The notes under the pieces were generated by a model that had not been told where the DNA came from, searched no databases, and was given only the letters and a program-made list of their open reading frames with translations. DNA of 33,830 bases from Chiloscyllium plagiosum (Eukaryota). A program made the position numbers and the translations under genes. The stretch lies in NCBI RefSeq assembly GCF_004010195.1, contig NC_057751.1, positions 3,747,707-3,781,536 of the forward strand, read 5' to 3'. Below are positions 31,809 through 33,830 of the stretch, one piece after another (within the stretch, counting starts at the first letter, position 1; every line of letters starts with the position of its first letter).

Positions 31809-33405
31809 ATGGCAGGAGAAGTCTGCCCTGTGAATGCTACTGCTGCCCAAAATGTGGGACACTTCCATTGTTCTTGGTGACCATTTACCCAGGAAGTGTG
31901 TTCAGCTGCAGCTCCTAATTGATCGCTGGAAGTTAAGGAGCTGGAACTATCTGCCATGATTCTGAGAATGCTGTGGATAGCACACTTAGCAAGCTAGTCA
32001 TACGACAAGTAAGGGCTACATAGGCAGAATAGCACTGTGACCATCAGGAAGATAATGAAGTGTGAGCAGGTGGTGCAGAAGTGCCTGTCCCTATCATCCC
32101 CTCAAACAGATACAGCATGTTAGATACTGTTGTCGGGGATGGCCTCACAGGGGAAAGCAGCAACAGCCAAGTTTGTGTCATCATAGTTGGATCTGGTGCA
32201 CAGTCGGGGAGGAAAAAGATTGGGAGATCTTTACTGTTGGGGACTTGATTTGAAGAACAACTGATAAGCAATTCTGTGGCTGCAAACGAGATTTCCAAAT
32301 GATATGTTGTCTTCTTGGTGCTAGGGTCAGGGAAATGTCAGAGTGACTACAAGGCATTCTGAAGAGGGTGGAGGGCAGACGTGGTACATGTTTGTACCAA
32401 CGACATGGGTAAAAAATGAGGTCCTGCAACAAGACTTTAAAAAGTTTGGTGGTGGATTAAAAATGAAGACTTCTAAGGTTGTAATCTCCATGTTACATCC
32501 AGTGTCACACACTAATAAGTATAGGAATAGCAAAAGAGATCAGATGAACATGTGGCCGAAGTGATTCTTTAGGAGGAAGGTCTTTAGACTTTTGGATCAT
32601 TGAGACAGTTTCTGTGGTAACAAGGAAATGTTCAAGCTGGAGAGGTTGCACCTGAACCAGAACAGGGTTTTGTCAGGAGGAATTGGGACAGGGAGTTGAT
32701 GTAAATTTGAGAGCAAGGTTCATTCAGATTTTGAAAGGACAGTAAATAAGACTTGGGAACAATAAGGCACATGGGAAGGCTGGAAAGCAAAATTTTAATA
32801 CATCAATTTTAGCGACCCTGACTGTGGAATTCACAGAGAACAGAGGAATTCAGCATTAATCTGCACACAGGAATATGATATTATTGCAGTCATTCAGACT
32901 TGGTCAAAGGAAGGGCAAGACAAGCAGTTCAACATTCCAGGGTACACAGTTCCAAGCATAGTGAGGGTAACATCAGAAAGATGGCAGTGCATTATTACAA
33001 TGGTCCTCCTTTGCCAATAATGACGGAGAATGTCTCAAAAGGATCTTCAAATGCAGTCATCTAGGTAGAGCTTAGAAATAAAAAAAAGGGATGATCACTT
33101 TCCTGGGATTATACTTCAGGCCTCCCAGCAGTCAGAGGGAGATATGAGGGCAAATCACAGCAAAGTGTTAGAGGAATAGGGCTACAACAGTGGGGGATTT
33201 CAACTTTGCCAACAATAACTGGGATTGCTCGTGTGTGAAAGAATTCGATGGGGTGAACATTTTCAAATGCATCCAGGAGTGTTTTTTATGAGAGTACAGA
33301 GGTAGTTCTACTCGAGATGGGCAGTGCTACACCTAATCCTCGGGAATGAAGCTGAAATGTAGTTGAAATGTCAATGAGCAAGGATTTCAGGGACAATGAT
33401 CATAA
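31809..33405 (+). mobile_element. Old CR1 LINE 5' half: decayed ORF1 (Cys-rich N-terminus plus SGNH esterase-like domain) and ORF2 APE endonuclease; possible 5' UTR upstream from ~31400
   Basis: Peptides RKCVQLQLLIDR (~31890), VGDLI*RTTDKQFCGCKRDFQMICCLLGARVREMSE (GDS block, ~32236), VVHVCTNDMG, RLHLN, then EYDIIAVIQTW, FNIPGY, VGDFNF and DNDHN. Many stops and frameshifts. Confidence 0.85.
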
Positions 33406-33460
33406 CTGGAAGTTGCTGTGGTTCTGTTTGCCGAGCTGGAAGTTTTGTTGCAAACGTTTA
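33406..33460 (-). mobile_element. Short terminal fragment of a Penelope-like element
   Basis: tttgccgagctggaagttttgttgcaaacgttt parallels the Penelope terminus at 24731-24766 (tctcactgagctggaaggttcattttcggatgtttc). Confidence 0.55.
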
Positions 33461-33830
33461 TGGCTTTGAGGTATGTAGAGAAGAGGTGTTGGAAATTCTG
33501 GAAAGGGTGAAAATAGATAAGTCCCCTGGGCCTGATGGCATTTATCCTAGGATTCTCTGGGAAGCAAGGGAGGAGATTGCAGAGCCATTGGCCTTGATTT
33601 TTATGTCCTCGTTGTCTACAGGAGTAGTGCCAGAAGATGGGAGGCTAGCAAGTGTGGTTCCCTTGTTCAAGAAGTGGAGTAGGGAAAAACCCTAGTAACT
33701 ATAGGCCGGTGAGTCTCACTTCTGTTGTGGGCAAAGTCTAAGAGAGAATTGTAAGGGATAGGATTTATGAACATCTGGATAGGAATAATATGATCAAGGA
33801 TAGTCAGCATTGTTTTGTGAAGGGCAGGTC
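33461..33830 (+). mobile_element. Younger CR1 LINE ORF2 (RT N-terminal region), runs off the window
   Basis: EEVLEILERVKIDKSPGPDGIYPRILWEAREEIAEPLALIF..SL.TGVVPED.R.A.VVPLFKK, then NYRPVSLTSVVGKV and SQH in a shifted frame. Confidence 0.93.

Noticed and set aside
33396..33695. 99-aa ORF as a single gene
   Set aside because: A chance read-through across three different element fragments.

Overview
Eukaryotic, AT-rich, repeat-dominated DNA, almost certainly from a shark. The evidence is HE1-type V-SINEs, elasmobranch-type CR1 LINEs and abundant Penelope-like elements. The repeat mix resembles carpet/bamboo sharks, but that assignment is from memory and has not been searched. I find no recognisable host protein-coding gene: every ORF I can identify is a decayed piece of a CR1 or Penelope retroelement, or of one Mutator-like transposase. 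The window is a nested stack of insertions. Four things stand out. (1) Many short, mostly TSD-flanked Penelope-derived mini-elements have ends or fold-back points at a minimal hammerhead ribozyme, with one intact-looking ribozyme at 9066-9100. (2) A ~1.03 kb Mutator/MULE deletion derivative at 9513-10541 has long TIRs, an 8-9 bp TSD, an open transposase fragment and 14-bp-phased TTTGGCGC repeats. (3) A 1.36 kb Penelope insertion has an inverted terminal copy, a 10-bp TSD and a recent 103-bp tandem duplication across its edge. (4) A TA-flanked MITE sits inside a SINE inside an old LINE. Family names come from recalled consensus sequences, and the boundaries of old elements are approximate.
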